Shown: one piece after another, positions 29,080 to 39,353 of the stretch
How the letters are laid out: each line of letters starts with the position of its first letter
Position numbering within the stretch: position 1 is the stretch's first letter
IMG/VR virus record: IMGVR_UViG_3300035698_017111
Location: 32,001 to 96,000 of that record
Direction: 5' to 3' (one strand)
Length of the DNA: 64,000 nt
From: a virus
Position numbers and translations under genes: made by a program
Notes under the pieces: model-generated
What the model saw: only the letters and a program-made list of their open reading frames with translations
Database searches by the model: none
What the model was told of the DNA's origin: nothing

Positions 29080-31209
29080 ATGGAGAGTCGAGTGCCTAAA
29101 GTATACCCAACGGAAGTGGTACAACCTCTAGGTGGGCATAACCCAGAGACAGCATGTGTGCAGACAATGCATCTGGAGAAGTATCTAGAGTCAGAATACA
29201 AATACCTAAATCCTCTTCAAAGCGAATTTGTTACACACCTAGAAGATGACGATTGTAACATTGTTATAGCTGCTGAGACATCGAGTGGTAAGACTCTTTG
29301 TGCTGAATACTTTGCTGCTCGTGCAATCTCTCTTGGCAAAACAGTCCTGTACATTGCACCAATGAAAGCTCTTGCTGACGAGAAGTACAATGAATGGTCT
29401 GATCTTTCTCATACTCTTTCGAAACACACAATACAGATTCAGACTGGTGATTTTGAACTAACAGAAAGCAAGAAGAGGAATCTAAATGCTGCAGACATTA
29501 TCATTCTAACTCCAGAGATGTTTAACTCCAAATGCCGACTCTATGACAGCCATGAATGGTTGAAAAATACAGTCTTTATTGGAGATGAGATTCATATTGT
29601 TGGCATGGAAGGTAGAGGAGATTCTCTTGAGGTTGGATTGATTCAGTATTACGAAAATGATCCCACATCCAGAGCATTGTTTCTTAGTGCCACAATTCCT
29701 AATGTTATGGATTTTGGAAATTGGCTAGAGCATCTTACAGATAGAAAAACAATCAATATAACTAGTGGTTATCGCCCATGTAAATTAAATAAAAGAATTG
29801 TTGGTTTTCAAGACAGTGCAATGGGCAGAAAAATGAGTTATTATCAGATTGAATCAGAAAGACTTGATAAGGCTGTTCAACTCATACAGGAACACATGAA
29901 AGATCCAATCCTTCTGTTTGTTGGATCTAAAGATTTTGGCAATAAGCTTTCAAGAAAACTTTCTACTTTAAAAATTGACCATAATTTTCATAATGCAGAT
30001 CTTGAAAGATCTAAAAGAACAGCAATTGAACAGGGATTCAGGAATCTTGACTTCAAGGTTTTGATATCAACAACGACAACTGCATGGGGATGTAACACAC
30101 CAGCCAGATATGTGATCCTGTGTCACACTGCATTTGGATACACTCCAATGCATCCAGCAAATATCCTTCAGGCAATCGGTCGAGCTGGAAGAGCTGGTTA
30201 TGCTGATGAGGGTGATGCTCTGATTCTTGTACCGCAACATAAGGTCGAAGAAGAGAGAAGGAGAATATTTAGTGATTATAGAGTCAATTCAATTTTGAAT
30301 GACATTAACACTCTTATGTTCCACATTCTTTCATATATTGCTCATGGTAAAATAACAAATGCCGATGAGCTATACGATTGGTACAACAAGTCTCTTGCTT
30401 CTGTTCAAAAAAACAGTCTCACTAAAGCTTCATCACAAAGAATCCTAGACAATCTAGCCGCAAGAGGAATGATCAAGGGTGTTGGAGATGGTAAGTATGA
30501 AGCAACTAAGGTTGGAGAGATTACTGCAAGATTCTATATGAGTCCATTAGATGTCTCGGATTGGTTTAAGAACTTCTCTAAGTTGGGGAACATTAACCCA
30601 CAGCCACATGGCTCTGAATATGATAAAAAAGAAGTGAACCTATCGGTAGCTCGTGCTCTTTCAGAATGTTATTCTTGGGGGAAAACGTGGGCTGGTGAAG
30701 AACAAAGATCGAATCCAAAATGTTACGTGTCCAACAGAGAGAAGGCATGCAATAGTGTCAAGACAGTGTCTAAGATGCTCTATCAGGATCCAAAATACGA
30801 TCCACAGGTGAAGTTTACGGCAATCTTCTACAGTCTTCTTTCTGGATGGGATGTTGAATTACCGTTACGTTCTCATTACATGGGGGTCTATAGGGATATT
30901 GAAAGAATCATTCAAACACTTAAGCAAACAGATCAATTATTTGGTAAGTTTCTTAAATCACAGAAAAAATGTGTTGGATATGGTTGGGAAAATGAATGGG
31001 ATAGTTTGGCTCTGAGGTTGAAGTACGGTGTTGAGATAGATCTTCTCGAACTTGTAAAGATTCCAGGGATTGGTAAAACATTTGCAGTAAACCTTCACCA
31101 AGAAGGTATTTCATCACGAAAAGCACTAATGAACCCTTCAAATGAGGTAATTGTGAAGAAAGTCCTTGGTCCAAAAAGATACGAAAAGATACTAGAAGAA
31201 ACAGAATAA
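29080..31209 (+). CDS. Ski2/Hel308-like SF2 helicase
   Basis: LNPLQ, TSSGKT, APMKALA, TPE, DEIH, SAT, GRAGR, C-terminal HhH (IPGIG). Confidence 0.92.
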   Translation: MESRVPKVYPTEVVQPLGGHNPETACVQTMHLEKYLESEYKYLNPLQSEFVTHLEDDDCNIVIAAETSSGKTLCAEYFAARAISLGKTVLYIAPMKALADEKYNEWSDLSHTLSKHTIQIQTGDFELTESKKRNLNAADIIILTPEMFNSKCRLYDSHEWLKNTVFIGDEIHIVGMEGRGDSLEVGLIQYYENDPTSRALFLSATIPNVMDFGNWLEHLTDRKTINITSGYRPCKLNKRIVGFQDSAMGRKMSYYQIESERLDKAVQLIQEHMKDPILLFVGSKDFGNKLSRKLSTLKIDHNFHNADLERSKRTAIEQGFRNLDFKVLISTTTTAWGCNTPARYVILCHTAFGYTPMHPANILQAIGRAGRAGYADEGDALILVPQHKVEEERRRIFSDYRVNSILNDINTLMFHILSYIAHGKITNADELYDWYNKSLASVQKNSLTKASSQRILDNLAARGMIKGVGDGKYEATKVGEITARFYMSPLDVSDWFKNFSKLGNINPQPHGSEYDKKEVNLSVARALSECYSWGKTWAGEEQRSNPKCYVSNREKACNSVKTVSKMLYQDPKYDPQVKFTAIFYSLLSGWDVELPLRSHYMGVYRDIERIIQTLKQTDQLFGKFLKSQKKCVGYGWENEWDSLALRLKYGVEIDLLELVKIPGIGKTFAVNLHQEGISSRKALMNPSNEVIVKKVLGPKRYEKILEETE

Positions 31210-31233
31210 AACCATATACATCTGAAATTATTA

Positions 31234-31264
31234 AAGTTAGCCATCCTTTGGGTGGCTAATTTTG
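31234..31264 (+). terminator. rho-independent terminator
   Basis: TTAGCCATCC-TTT-GGGTGGCTAA followed by a T run. Confidence 0.7.
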
Positions 31265-31288
31265 TTGCTGGTATCTTCTCTATATTAG

Positions 31289-31316
31289 AGGGATTCGGAA
31301 TGCCCCTGCGGAATAT
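31289..31316 (+). promoter_or_regulatory. SigH-like promoter
   Basis: AGGGATT...GGAATAT upstream of a long co-oriented gene block. Confidence 0.55.
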
Positions 31317-31344
31317 AAAAGAGTAAGTTGAAAAAGGTCTTATT

Positions 31345-32427
31345 ATGGATATGGACGGTAAAGAATACGTGGAATTGGATAAGAACCTGTGTGGTTCTCC
31401 CAGTGGCTCTATGGCTGCTTTTTTTGATATAAAAAAGAGAGATGGTAAGTTGTGGCTACCAAAAAATAAAGAAAAAGACTACAAGGATACCTGTGATGGA
31501 ATAGAAAAAGATCTTAAAGAAAGCACATCGTGTAATTGGTATCGTACTGCTAGTGAATTTGTTGGTTCAGATGCCAATTTTCCCAACAGTGGACACGTTT
31601 ACGATGCGAAAGGTCTTAATCAAGGACAACCATTAAGTCCCACAATGACAAGTCTTAGTTTGCCAGATATGGCTGAAGTCCCAAATAAAGAGAACAAATA
31701 TAGTGATGTTCCTAACTTTTGTCCATCTTGCAAATCGCCAATTGAAGATTTTGAAGTTCAAAAAGGCAGAAGAGATGATGATGGTAATCTTGTCTATAGG
31801 TGCAATAACTGTGGACATACTAATGATCAATATCATAGAACTGTAGAGAGAAGTAAATCAAGATCTCCAAAATCTAGAGTTAGAAAAAGAAGAAAAATAG
31901 CCTCTGTTAAAAGTGTTATTCATGAAGCTGCCACTCCAGCAACTCCTCAGCCTGGTGGTGGTTATGGTAACAATCCAGCAAACACTCCATATGGCCGTGT
32001 AGATTTATCGGAAGAACAGAGAGTTATTCCTTGGGAATTGATGCAGGATGGATTTGCTAATGAGTTTGACACAAATAAACAGAAAAACAATAAGAAATTT
32101 AAAGTTGTTAAAGTTAAAGGTAAAGATGGTAAGCCACAATTTATGCGGGTTAGGGTCATGAATCCTGCTGGCAATGGTGTTTCTCCAGCAAACACAACAA
32201 CTCAGAAGGGTAGGGTAAAGAAACAAAGAAGATACAATCCAGATGATGGTGGTCCTGGTAAGAGTAAAGGTGCTTGGCCACATAATAGAAATATTGGAAC
32301 CGAGGGTTGGTATCAAAGCCATTGGTCTCAAAACCAAGATGCTGATATGAGAAACCGTGTAACCACATGGCATGATTATGTGAATGATAGAGGAACTAAT
32401 TTCATGGGTATATCGAAACCGCTTTAA
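31345..32427 (+). CDS. hypothetical protein with Zn ribbon
   Basis: CPSC...CNNC; NWYRTAS motif. Confidence 0.65.
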   Translation: MDMDGKEYVELDKNLCGSPSGSMAAFFDIKKRDGKLWLPKNKEKDYKDTCDGIEKDLKESTSCNWYRTASEFVGSDANFPNSGHVYDAKGLNQGQPLSPTMTSLSLPDMAEVPNKENKYSDVPNFCPSCKSPIEDFEVQKGRRDDDGNLVYRCNNCGHTNDQYHRTVERSKSRSPKSRVRKRRKIASVKSVIHEAATPATPQPGGGYGNNPANTPYGRVDLSEEQRVIPWELMQDGFANEFDTNKQKNNKKFKVVKVKGKDGKPQFMRVRVMNPAGNGVSPANTTTQKGRVKKQRRYNPDDGGPGKSKGAWPHNRNIGTEGWYQSHWSQNQDADMRNRVTTWHDYVNDRGTNFMGISKPL

Positions 32428-32439
32428 AGAGGAATAATC

Positions 32440-32736
32440 ATGGCAACTTGGAAATATAGATTGACTAAAAATGCTGGAAATAAATTTCAAATTGGACAAG
32501 ATGGTAATATTGATCTTGGTGGTGAAGTTACAGACGATATGGCCAACAAGATAGTACAGAAACTAAACACAATGGGTGTTAAGTCTAATTTTGATTCAGC
32601 TACAAAGAAGATAAAAAGATCAGATGGGTTAAAGTTTGATCCAAATTCGCCAGCTCCATTTTATAATAAGTTACAAAGTTTTATAGACGAAATGTTGAGA
32701 GCTGTTGATTATTCACCACCAGTATTTACAGTGTAA
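32440..32736 (+). CDS. hypothetical protein
   Basis: ORF with GAGG RBS. Confidence 0.6.
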   Translation: MATWKYRLTKNAGNKFQIGQDGNIDLGGEVTDDMANKIVQKLNTMGVKSNFDSATKKIKRSDGLKFDPNSPAPFYNKLQSFIDEMLRAVDYSPPVFTV

Positions 32737-32754
32737 TTAAAGGAGAAGAAGAAA

Positions 32755-33474
32755 ATGCCACTGCCAATTCAACCGATAAACGATCATCCTTCTCAGCATG
32801 CTGAGCCGAAACAGGATATCACAACACTTATCCCAATGATGCAGCCATTCCAAATCACGGATCTTTTTGAGAATTTATTTTCAAACAAATTTTCTCAAGA
32901 GAAAGAAATGTTAAAGAAGGTTTGGTTATCATCTACAAAAATTGATGACGATAAAATAGAAATCGCTGCAGATGTCGAGATAAAAGATCTCCAAGTTCTA
33001 ACAAGTAAGGGTCTCATTCAAGGGGAAAATGGAATTTTCGAATTTACAGAAGAAGGATCTAAGCTTCTAAGAGAATCTATTCTTAATGATGAGGAAAGTT
33101 CTTTCACAAAACAAGCATCTAAACAAATGATTGCAAATAGTAGTTATGATTTTGGTGATGATGTTCTTGTCAGGGTTAGTCATCCAGATAGATTTGGGAC
33201 AAGATATATTGTTCTTCCAAAGAAAACATTTGCCCACAAAACAGAACCAAAAGTTTTTGAGTCGTATAATGTTGCTACAAAGAGAGATGACGGGTCTCCG
33301 AAAACAATAGATGAGTACACGGAAAACGAGCTTGTACAGACCTTGCACTTGGCAAAGAGAATTGTAGACAACTCTCATAACATAATTATATCTGGCCATA
33401 AAATTGAACATGTTCCAGTACATAGAATCAAAACATTTTCAGAAATGATTATGAGGGAGTTAAATGCAAGATAA
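32755..33474 (+). CDS. hypothetical protein with a winged-helix-like segment
   Basis: LTSKGLI...FEFTEEGSKLL. Confidence 0.6.
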   Translation: MPLPIQPINDHPSQHAEPKQDITTLIPMMQPFQITDLFENLFSNKFSQEKEMLKKVWLSSTKIDDDKIEIAADVEIKDLQVLTSKGLIQGENGIFEFTEEGSKLLRESILNDEESSFTKQASKQMIANSSYDFGDDVLVRVSHPDRFGTRYIVLPKKTFAHKTEPKVFESYNVATKRDDGSPKTIDEYTENELVQTLHLAKRIVDNSHNIIISGHKIEHVPVHRIKTFSEMIMRELNAR

Positions 33475-33476
33475 AC

Positions 33477-33833
33477 ATGAAGAAACTCAGTGTTGTCTTA
33501 TTCGCAGATAGTGAAGATACGAGAAGACAGGGGTTAATGTTCCACAAACCTCTAAAAAAAGATGAGTGTGCTTTGTTCTTTTTCCCTCAAGCAGGAAAAC
33601 ATTCGTTTTGGAACAAAAATGTAGAATTCCCCATCTCCCTGATATTTTGTGATCAAGATGGTAAGATAGAAGATATTCAATATCTTGAAGCACAACAAAC
33701 TAAAGCTGTAGTGCCTAAATCAAATCGTGTAGTTTATGTTATTGAAGCACACAAAGATGTCCCAATTGAATTGGGATTGAAACAAAACATTGATATTCGT
33801 ATGGTGGGACGAGAGGTTATGTTCGATGGTTAG
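33477..33833 (+). CDS. DUF192 family protein
   Basis: AD...RRQGLMF, FWNKNV.FPISLIF, YVIEA. Confidence 0.88.
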   Translation: MKKLSVVLFADSEDTRRQGLMFHKPLKKDECALFFFPQAGKHSFWNKNVEFPISLIFCDQDGKIEDIQYLEAQQTKAVVPKSNRVVYVIEAHKDVPIELGLKQNIDIRMVGREVMFDG

Positions 33834-34851
33834 TATCCCTATACAGATTCAGAAAGATCTTGATGATATCGATATCGTCGCCAAAGACCTTCAAATGAAG
33901 CTCTATGTGGTGGGTGGTTTTCCACGAGATATCGTTTCTGGAATTAGTCTTACTGATGAAACAGATTTGGATGTAACAGAAGCGAACGGCAATGCTTTCG
34001 ATCTGGCTTTTTTTGTTGCTGCAAAATATGGACTACCAGAACCAGAGATATACGAAAGCACAGGAACTGCCCTTGTGACAATGCCAAGTGGAAGACCTGT
34101 TGAATTCCATAATGCTGCTTGGAATGTCCCACACATTGTCGATCAACTTTATGTTCTTGGAATTGAACCAACTCCATTGAATAAAGATATCTATTCTCGT
34201 GATTTTACAATCAATACACTTTTGTTTGATCCAGAAGACAACGAAATTATTGATATTACTGGCCAAGCCAAGGCTGATATTCAGAATAAAATACTAAGAA
34301 CTCCTCTTGCACCAAGAAAAACCTTATCAATCAACCCAAAGATTATACTAAGGGGAATTCGGTTTACTGTTCAGATGGGCTTGACAATGGACCCAGAATA
34401 TGTTAGAGAGGTGTCTAATTTTGTCCCGTATTTGGTTCACTTTATGCAGATGCACCCAGACAGTAAGATGGTGAGAAGAACGGTTGAAAAGACACTTGGA
34501 ATTGACCCACACAGGGCAATGGAAGAGTATCGCAAATTAGGAATTCTCGAATACCTACCCAAGACCACCGAAATGGATGCTGCTCTTAAAAAGGATTTGT
34601 TTGGGACAAGCATAGTTCCTGTTGCGGCCAACTTTTCTCAGTACACAACTGCACAAACAACGATGATAGATTACTTGTTGGAACAGAGAGAAAAACACAA
34701 AGCCTACATGAGACGTAAAAGACGAGAAGAACAACAACAAAGAGAAAAGAAATTCGATGTTTTGGAGAAGGCAAGAAACGGATTCTTTACACAAGAAGAT
34801 CCTGTTCCAGAATTGACCAAAATAAAAGAGGACAGGAGTAAGAAAAAATGA
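33826..34851 (+). CDS. tRNA nucleotidyltransferase / poly(A) polymerase family protein
   Basis: YVVGGFPRD, DLDV, RDFTIN, IILRGIRF. Confidence 0.9.
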   Translation: MVSIPIQIQKDLDDIDIVAKDLQMKLYVVGGFPRDIVSGISLTDETDLDVTEANGNAFDLAFFVAAKYGLPEPEIYESTGTALVTMPSGRPVEFHNAAWNVPHIVDQLYVLGIEPTPLNKDIYSRDFTINTLLFDPEDNEIIDITGQAKADIQNKILRTPLAPRKTLSINPKIILRGIRFTVQMGLTMDPEYVREVSNFVPYLVHFMQMHPDSKMVRRTVEKTLGIDPHRAMEEYRKLGILEYLPKTTEMDAALKKDLFGTSIVPVAANFSQYTTAQTTMIDYLLEQREKHKAYMRRKRREEQQQREKKFDVLEKARNGFFTQEDPVPELTKIKEDRSKKK

Positions 34852-35390
34852 CAGATAAAATAGACATAGTAGAATCTAATTTTGGCGTATTGGGACACAC
34901 AGCTGATATAGAAAAAAGACATCCTATCGTGCAAAGTGGCTTAGGAATACTTGATACTGGAAAATATGTGAAGGCACAAGATATTGGACTCATGGATGTG
35001 TCTCAAGATCAACAGCCAATTGCACCACCAACAAACGAAGCAGACAATCAGGGGATTTCGCCAGAAGAGATTAAATCAAAATCTTTGCAGATATATTACG
35101 AGACAACAGGACAGGATGACTCGTCACCATATGCTCGTGATTACGTTGATATGATGTACAACAATGCAGCAGAGGGGATGTCTGCAGAGGTTGAACAAAC
35201 ATACAATTATATGGAAAACATGTTGCAAGTCCTACAATCACCTGGTATGGTGTTAATAGAGGGAGAAGAACAGGTAATAGATGCAACAGAAACCATTATG
35301 CTAGTTCTCAATAACAATAGAAGTTTATATCAAGATATGGTCAATGCCATTGAACAAGCCAAAAGTGAGTTAGGTGCAATAGGAATTTAA
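34848..35390 (+). CDS. hypothetical acidic protein
   Basis: ORF only. Confidence 0.6.
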   Translation: MTDKIDIVESNFGVLGHTADIEKRHPIVQSGLGILDTGKYVKAQDIGLMDVSQDQQPIAPPTNEADNQGISPEEIKSKSLQIYYETTGQDDSSPYARDYVDMMYNNAAEGMSAEVEQTYNYMENMLQVLQSPGMVLIEGEEQVIDATETIMLVLNNNRSLYQDMVNAIEQAKSELGAIGI

Positions 35391-36538
35391 TGATGCCATA
35401 TGAATGGCTCGTCAAACAAGATGAAAACGGAAACCCTTACAGATTTTGGCAACCAGAAGAACACTCTTCCTCTATGCCAACATCTGATGTAAATGACCTT
35501 GCTCAGGTTGAAAATGCGAAAGCCCTCCTAAGAAAATATTCAGAATACAACAATGAAGAAGATTGGATTGAGGATCAGCATGGCAATATGTTGACTCCAC
35601 AACAAATTTTTGGTGCTTGGCATCAAAGATACAAACCAGAGGAATTTGATCAACCAGCATCAGTTCTTATGGATGAACAAAGCAAACTTCTACAAGCGAA
35701 AATACCAACAGCTGGGAAAAGAAATTGGTATAGGAAAGCTCAGGTACAAATGCGATTAGAAATTCCAATATCAGATTGGCTTGTCTCTGTAATGCAAGAT
35801 CTTAAAAGACAAGGTATGACATCCCTGATAGTTGGTGGTGCTGTTCGAGACGCCATTGTCGGTTCTCCATCAAAAGACATAGATGTTGAAGTTTATGGTA
35901 CAAATTACGAGACTTTGTCAAACATTCTGAACAACTATGGGAAAGTTAATCTTGTTGGCAAGGCATTTGGTATAATTAAGATAAGTGATCCAGATGGAGA
36001 GGAGTATGATTTTTCAATTCCAAGAAGAGAAAGTAAGATGGGTAGGGAACATAAAGATTTCTCTGTGGAATTTGATGAAAAGATTACGCCAAAAGAAGCT
36101 GCATCTAGAAGAGACTTTACAATAAACTCTCTTGCATACGATCCTCTAACAAAAGAAATGCATGATTATTTTGGTGGAATGAATGATATCGAAAATGGAA
36201 TCCTTAAGGCAACCAGTCCAGCGTTTGCTGAAGATCCGCTTCGTGTTCTTCGTGGTATGCAGTTTGCCGCTAGGTTTGGATTTACAATAGAACCACAAAC
36301 TGCAGAAATGGCCAAGAGTCTTAAGGATGAACCTATTGTAATTGAAAGAGTATCAGAAGAATGGATGAAACTCTTTACAAAAGGTAAACATCCAGGTAAA
36401 GCCATACAGTATTTAATAGATACTGGTTGGATGGAAAACTATCCAGAACTCCAAGCTCTTGTCGGTTTGAGACAAGACTCTGAATGGCATCCAGAAGGAG
36501 CTATGGTGAGAAAAATAATAAAGAAAAAGAATGTTTAG
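35390..36538 (+). CDS. cca: CCA-adding enzyme, N-terminal piece (nucleotidyltransferase head) with extra N-terminal domain
   Basis: VGGAVRD, DIDVE, RRDFTIN, EDPLRVLRGMQFAARF; stops just after QDSEWHPEG. Confidence 0.9.
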   Translation: MMPYEWLVKQDENGNPYRFWQPEEHSSSMPTSDVNDLAQVENAKALLRKYSEYNNEEDWIEDQHGNMLTPQQIFGAWHQRYKPEEFDQPASVLMDEQSKLLQAKIPTAGKRNWYRKAQVQMRLEIPISDWLVSVMQDLKRQGMTSLIVGGAVRDAIVGSPSKDIDVEVYGTNYETLSNILNNYGKVNLVGKAFGIIKISDPDGEEYDFSIPRRESKMGREHKDFSVEFDEKITPKEAASRRDFTINSLAYDPLTKEMHDYFGGMNDIENGILKATSPAFAEDPLRVLRGMQFAARFGFTIEPQTAEMAKSLKDEPIVIERVSEEWMKLFTKGKHPGKAIQYLIDTGWMENYPELQALVGLRQDSEWHPEGAMVRKIIKKKNV

Positions 36539-36542
36539 TGAG

Positions 36543-36570
36543 AGGATAAACAGTACCTTCCTTAGAATAT
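36543..36570 (+). promoter_or_regulatory. SigH-like promoter of the inserted endonuclease
   Basis: AGGATA...AGAATAT. Confidence 0.5.
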
Positions 36571-36593
36571 ATAGTTAAGAGTATTCTTGGGAG

Positions 36594-37496
36594 ATGAAAA
36601 TGCATAAATTTAATTGTTTAAATTGTGGAATAGAAAAATCATCAAAATGGAAAAAAACAAAGTTTTGCAGCGTGAAATGTTCGAATGTTTATAACGGAAG
36701 CAAAGGCAAGGTCGGGGGCAATACCTCTAGTTTAGACTGTATGGTAAAAAAATATGGAAAAACAAAAGGGAAGAAAAAATACGAAGAAAAATTAAAGAAA
36801 TTATCTAAAGCACATAAAGGTAGGGTTGGTTCGATGACGGGCAAAAAGCATCCTGATTCTACTAAAAATAAAATTGCCAAATCTCTTAAAGATTTTCATA
36901 GAAAAAATGGTCACAAAACATTTGATGAAACACACAATATATCAAAAGAAGAATTATCTAAAAAAATGAAAGGCATATTTTCCATAAATTGGTTTGTGAA
37001 TAAATATGGAAAAAAAAAGGGCAGAGAAAAATATCAAGAAAGATCAAACAAAATAAAAAAGACAACATTTTTCAAAACATATAACAGAATGGACAACAAA
37101 AATAATTATTCTAAAAAATCACAAGATTTATTTTGGACAATATATAGAAACCACAAAAACCACCTATCAAATAAAATGGTTTATTTTGCAGAACTAAATC
37201 ATGAATATGGATGTGAAACAAATAGGAATTTTGACTTTGTTGTAATTGATAATAAAAAGATAATAGAATTTAATGGAGATAAATTTCATGCAAACCCAAA
37301 TGTTTTTAAAGAGACAGATAAACCAAATCCATATCTTAAAAACACAACAGCACAGCAAATATGGGAATTTGATAGAAAAAAAATAGAGAAAGCACTATCT
37401 AATGGTTATGAAATTTTAATTGTTTGGGAAAGAGATTTCGATAAAAACCCAGAGGAAGAGATAAAAAAATGCCAGCATTTTCTCCTGAACAAATAA
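36594..37496 (+). CDS. free-standing homing endonuclease (NUMOD3 plus Vsr/PD-(D/E)xK-like domain)
   Basis: MTGKKH..STKNKI (NUMOD3); FDFV...IIEFNGDKFHANP; GYEILIVWE. Confidence 0.8.
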   Translation: MKMHKFNCLNCGIEKSSKWKKTKFCSVKCSNVYNGSKGKVGGNTSSLDCMVKKYGKTKGKKKYEEKLKKLSKAHKGRVGSMTGKKHPDSTKNKIAKSLKDFHRKNGHKTFDETHNISKEELSKKMKGIFSINWFVNKYGKKKGREKYQERSNKIKKTTFFKTYNRMDNKNNYSKKSQDLFWTIYRNHKNHLSNKMVYFAELNHEYGCETNRNFDFVVIDNKKIIEFNGDKFHANPNVFKETDKPNPYLKNTTAQQIWEFDRKKIEKALSNGYEILIVWERDFDKNPEEEIKKCQHFLLNK

Positions 37497-39346
37497 AAGA
37501 AATGGGGAAACAATATGTTTTGGGTGAACCAGAACCATATGATCCATTTAATAAAGAACACAATGATCCAAATAAGTATTTAATACAATACGGAACTGTG
37601 GAGATTCATACAGCCCACACATTGGATGCTGCTGCTCAAATTGCAGACAGAGAGGGACTACAAGGAGACGATAGAGCTGTTTTAATCGCCTCTGCACTAG
37701 CACACGATCTTGGTAAAGCAGATGTTACTCAGGATGAGATGAAAGATGGTAAGATGAGAGTAACGTCCAAGGGACATGAGGGATTAAGTGTAGATCTTGC
37801 TAATAGTCTTTTGAAAAGAATGGGTATTAAGAAAGACATAGTGGACAGAGTATTACCTATTGTTGGCCATCATTTGTTACATTTACATTTTGACCCAGAT
37901 TCTAAAAACGGCAATGCTAGACAGATTGCAGAAAAACTATATCCAGCAAGTATTAAAGAATTAATATATCTTATTGAATCGGATCATTCTGGGAGACCGC
38001 CCATTGAGGGTGGATTGCCTGAATTGGCAGAACAGTTACAAGCTTCAGCTCAAGAACAAGGGGCATATGATGGTAGGGTTCCACCACTGATTCAAGGAAG
38101 AGATATTTTGCATCTTTTCCCAGAGGCTGGTCCTGCTATTGGACAAGTTCTGCAAGAAGTACGTAAAAAACAACTTCGAGGACAGGTTAGTACTCCAGAA
38201 GAAGCTATGTATGCGGCAGAAATGTCAGCACAAAAACTAATTCTTTTGGTTAATGGAAGGGATGTTTTAGATGTTCTTGGTGGGGTTGGTGGACCACATG
38301 TTGGTGAGATCTTGAATAATGCATGGGAAGCTCAGAAAAATGGTGTTTTTACCGATAGAGAAGGGGCTTTGACGTGGTTGCAAGAACAATATACTAGTGA
38401 ACCAGTGCCTCAAAATGAGGTTATAGACAATGTTCCAAACGACAATATGGAGAGATTCGAAGCAATGGAAAGTAATTTAAGATTCTCAGAACTCAATATG
38501 AATTACGTGACGAAAATATCCGACAACATGTCGGATAAAGCAATTGTTGCTGCGTCTCTTGTTGTTAGTGAATTCAAGAGTGGACAACCAGATTGGAGTC
38601 TTATTCAAAAATACATTAGTAGCAATTCAGATTTTAAATTAGAAGAAATGCAGTTGTTTTATGAATCTGATCCAAAATATGCAACTGAGACATATGAACA
38701 AATATTAGAAGAGTTTCTAAATGCTGATATAGAGGCATTTTTAGATAGTTATATGAAAACAGGACAGTCAACAACAACAGAATATGGAGACGTTCCATTC
38801 GGAGTACAAGAAGGTTCGTTACATGCAGAGGAACTGGCAGATGCCTTTGGTTCTGAAGCTGTAGCACAAGCAATGGAATTGATACAAATACACAGTCCAG
38901 AATCTCTCGATGGAATTACGTACATTGGTCTTGTTGATAAGGGAGATATGTTCGGGGTTACGGAAGATGAGTTAACGCAAAAACTCAGAGAACAAAGAGG
39001 AGAACCCATAGGGGATGCTGGTAGTAAGGAAGCATTTAGACTCAATGCAGAAATAATTAAGGGAAAGAAACAAGAGTTCGAAGCAGAGTCTAATGCACAA
39101 AAAGACAATCTATTACGATCATATCCTCCAGATGTTGTTGCACTATGGGAAGAAAGAAATGCAAGTGAAGTTCTTCCACTGATTATTGCGGAGGTTATAG
39201 TACACGAAGCAGAACACGCTCATGGTGCGGAAGGTGAAGGGCAACCCATTGCAGAAGAAAGACAATTTCTTCAAGAAGCTATAGTTCGATTAAATAAAAA
39301 AAGACAAGATGATGGTATTCCAGAATTACCAGTTGTTTTAAAGTGA
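37469..39346 (+). CDS. cca: CCA-adding enzyme, C-terminal piece (HD domain) fused to an HExxH domain
   Basis: TVEIHT, AHDLGK, GHE, SDHSGR, duplicated GRD(I/V)L..GP..G tail repeats, IVHEAEH. Confidence 0.85.
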   Translation: MPAFSPEQIKEMGKQYVLGEPEPYDPFNKEHNDPNKYLIQYGTVEIHTAHTLDAAAQIADREGLQGDDRAVLIASALAHDLGKADVTQDEMKDGKMRVTSKGHEGLSVDLANSLLKRMGIKKDIVDRVLPIVGHHLLHLHFDPDSKNGNARQIAEKLYPASIKELIYLIESDHSGRPPIEGGLPELAEQLQASAQEQGAYDGRVPPLIQGRDILHLFPEAGPAIGQVLQEVRKKQLRGQVSTPEEAMYAAEMSAQKLILLVNGRDVLDVLGGVGGPHVGEILNNAWEAQKNGVFTDREGALTWLQEQYTSEPVPQNEVIDNVPNDNMERFEAMESNLRFSELNMNYVTKISDNMSDKAIVAASLVVSEFKSGQPDWSLIQKYISSNSDFKLEEMQLFYESDPKYATETYEQILEEFLNADIEAFLDSYMKTGQSTTTEYGDVPFGVQEGSLHAEELADAFGSEAVAQAMELIQIHSPESLDGITYIGLVDKGDMFGVTEDELTQKLREQRGEPIGDAGSKEAFRLNAEIIKGKKQEFEAESNAQKDNLLRSYPPDVVALWEERNASEVLPLIIAEVIVHEAEHAHGAEGEGQPIAEERQFLQEAIVRLNKKRQDDGIPELPVVLK

Positions 39347-39353
39347 GAGAATA

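Noticed and set aside
36500-37600. Group I intron or split intein in cca
   Set aside because: Only about 55 nt of noncoding sequence, no recognisable P/Q/R/S core, and no Cys/Ser start or Asn end typical of inteins.
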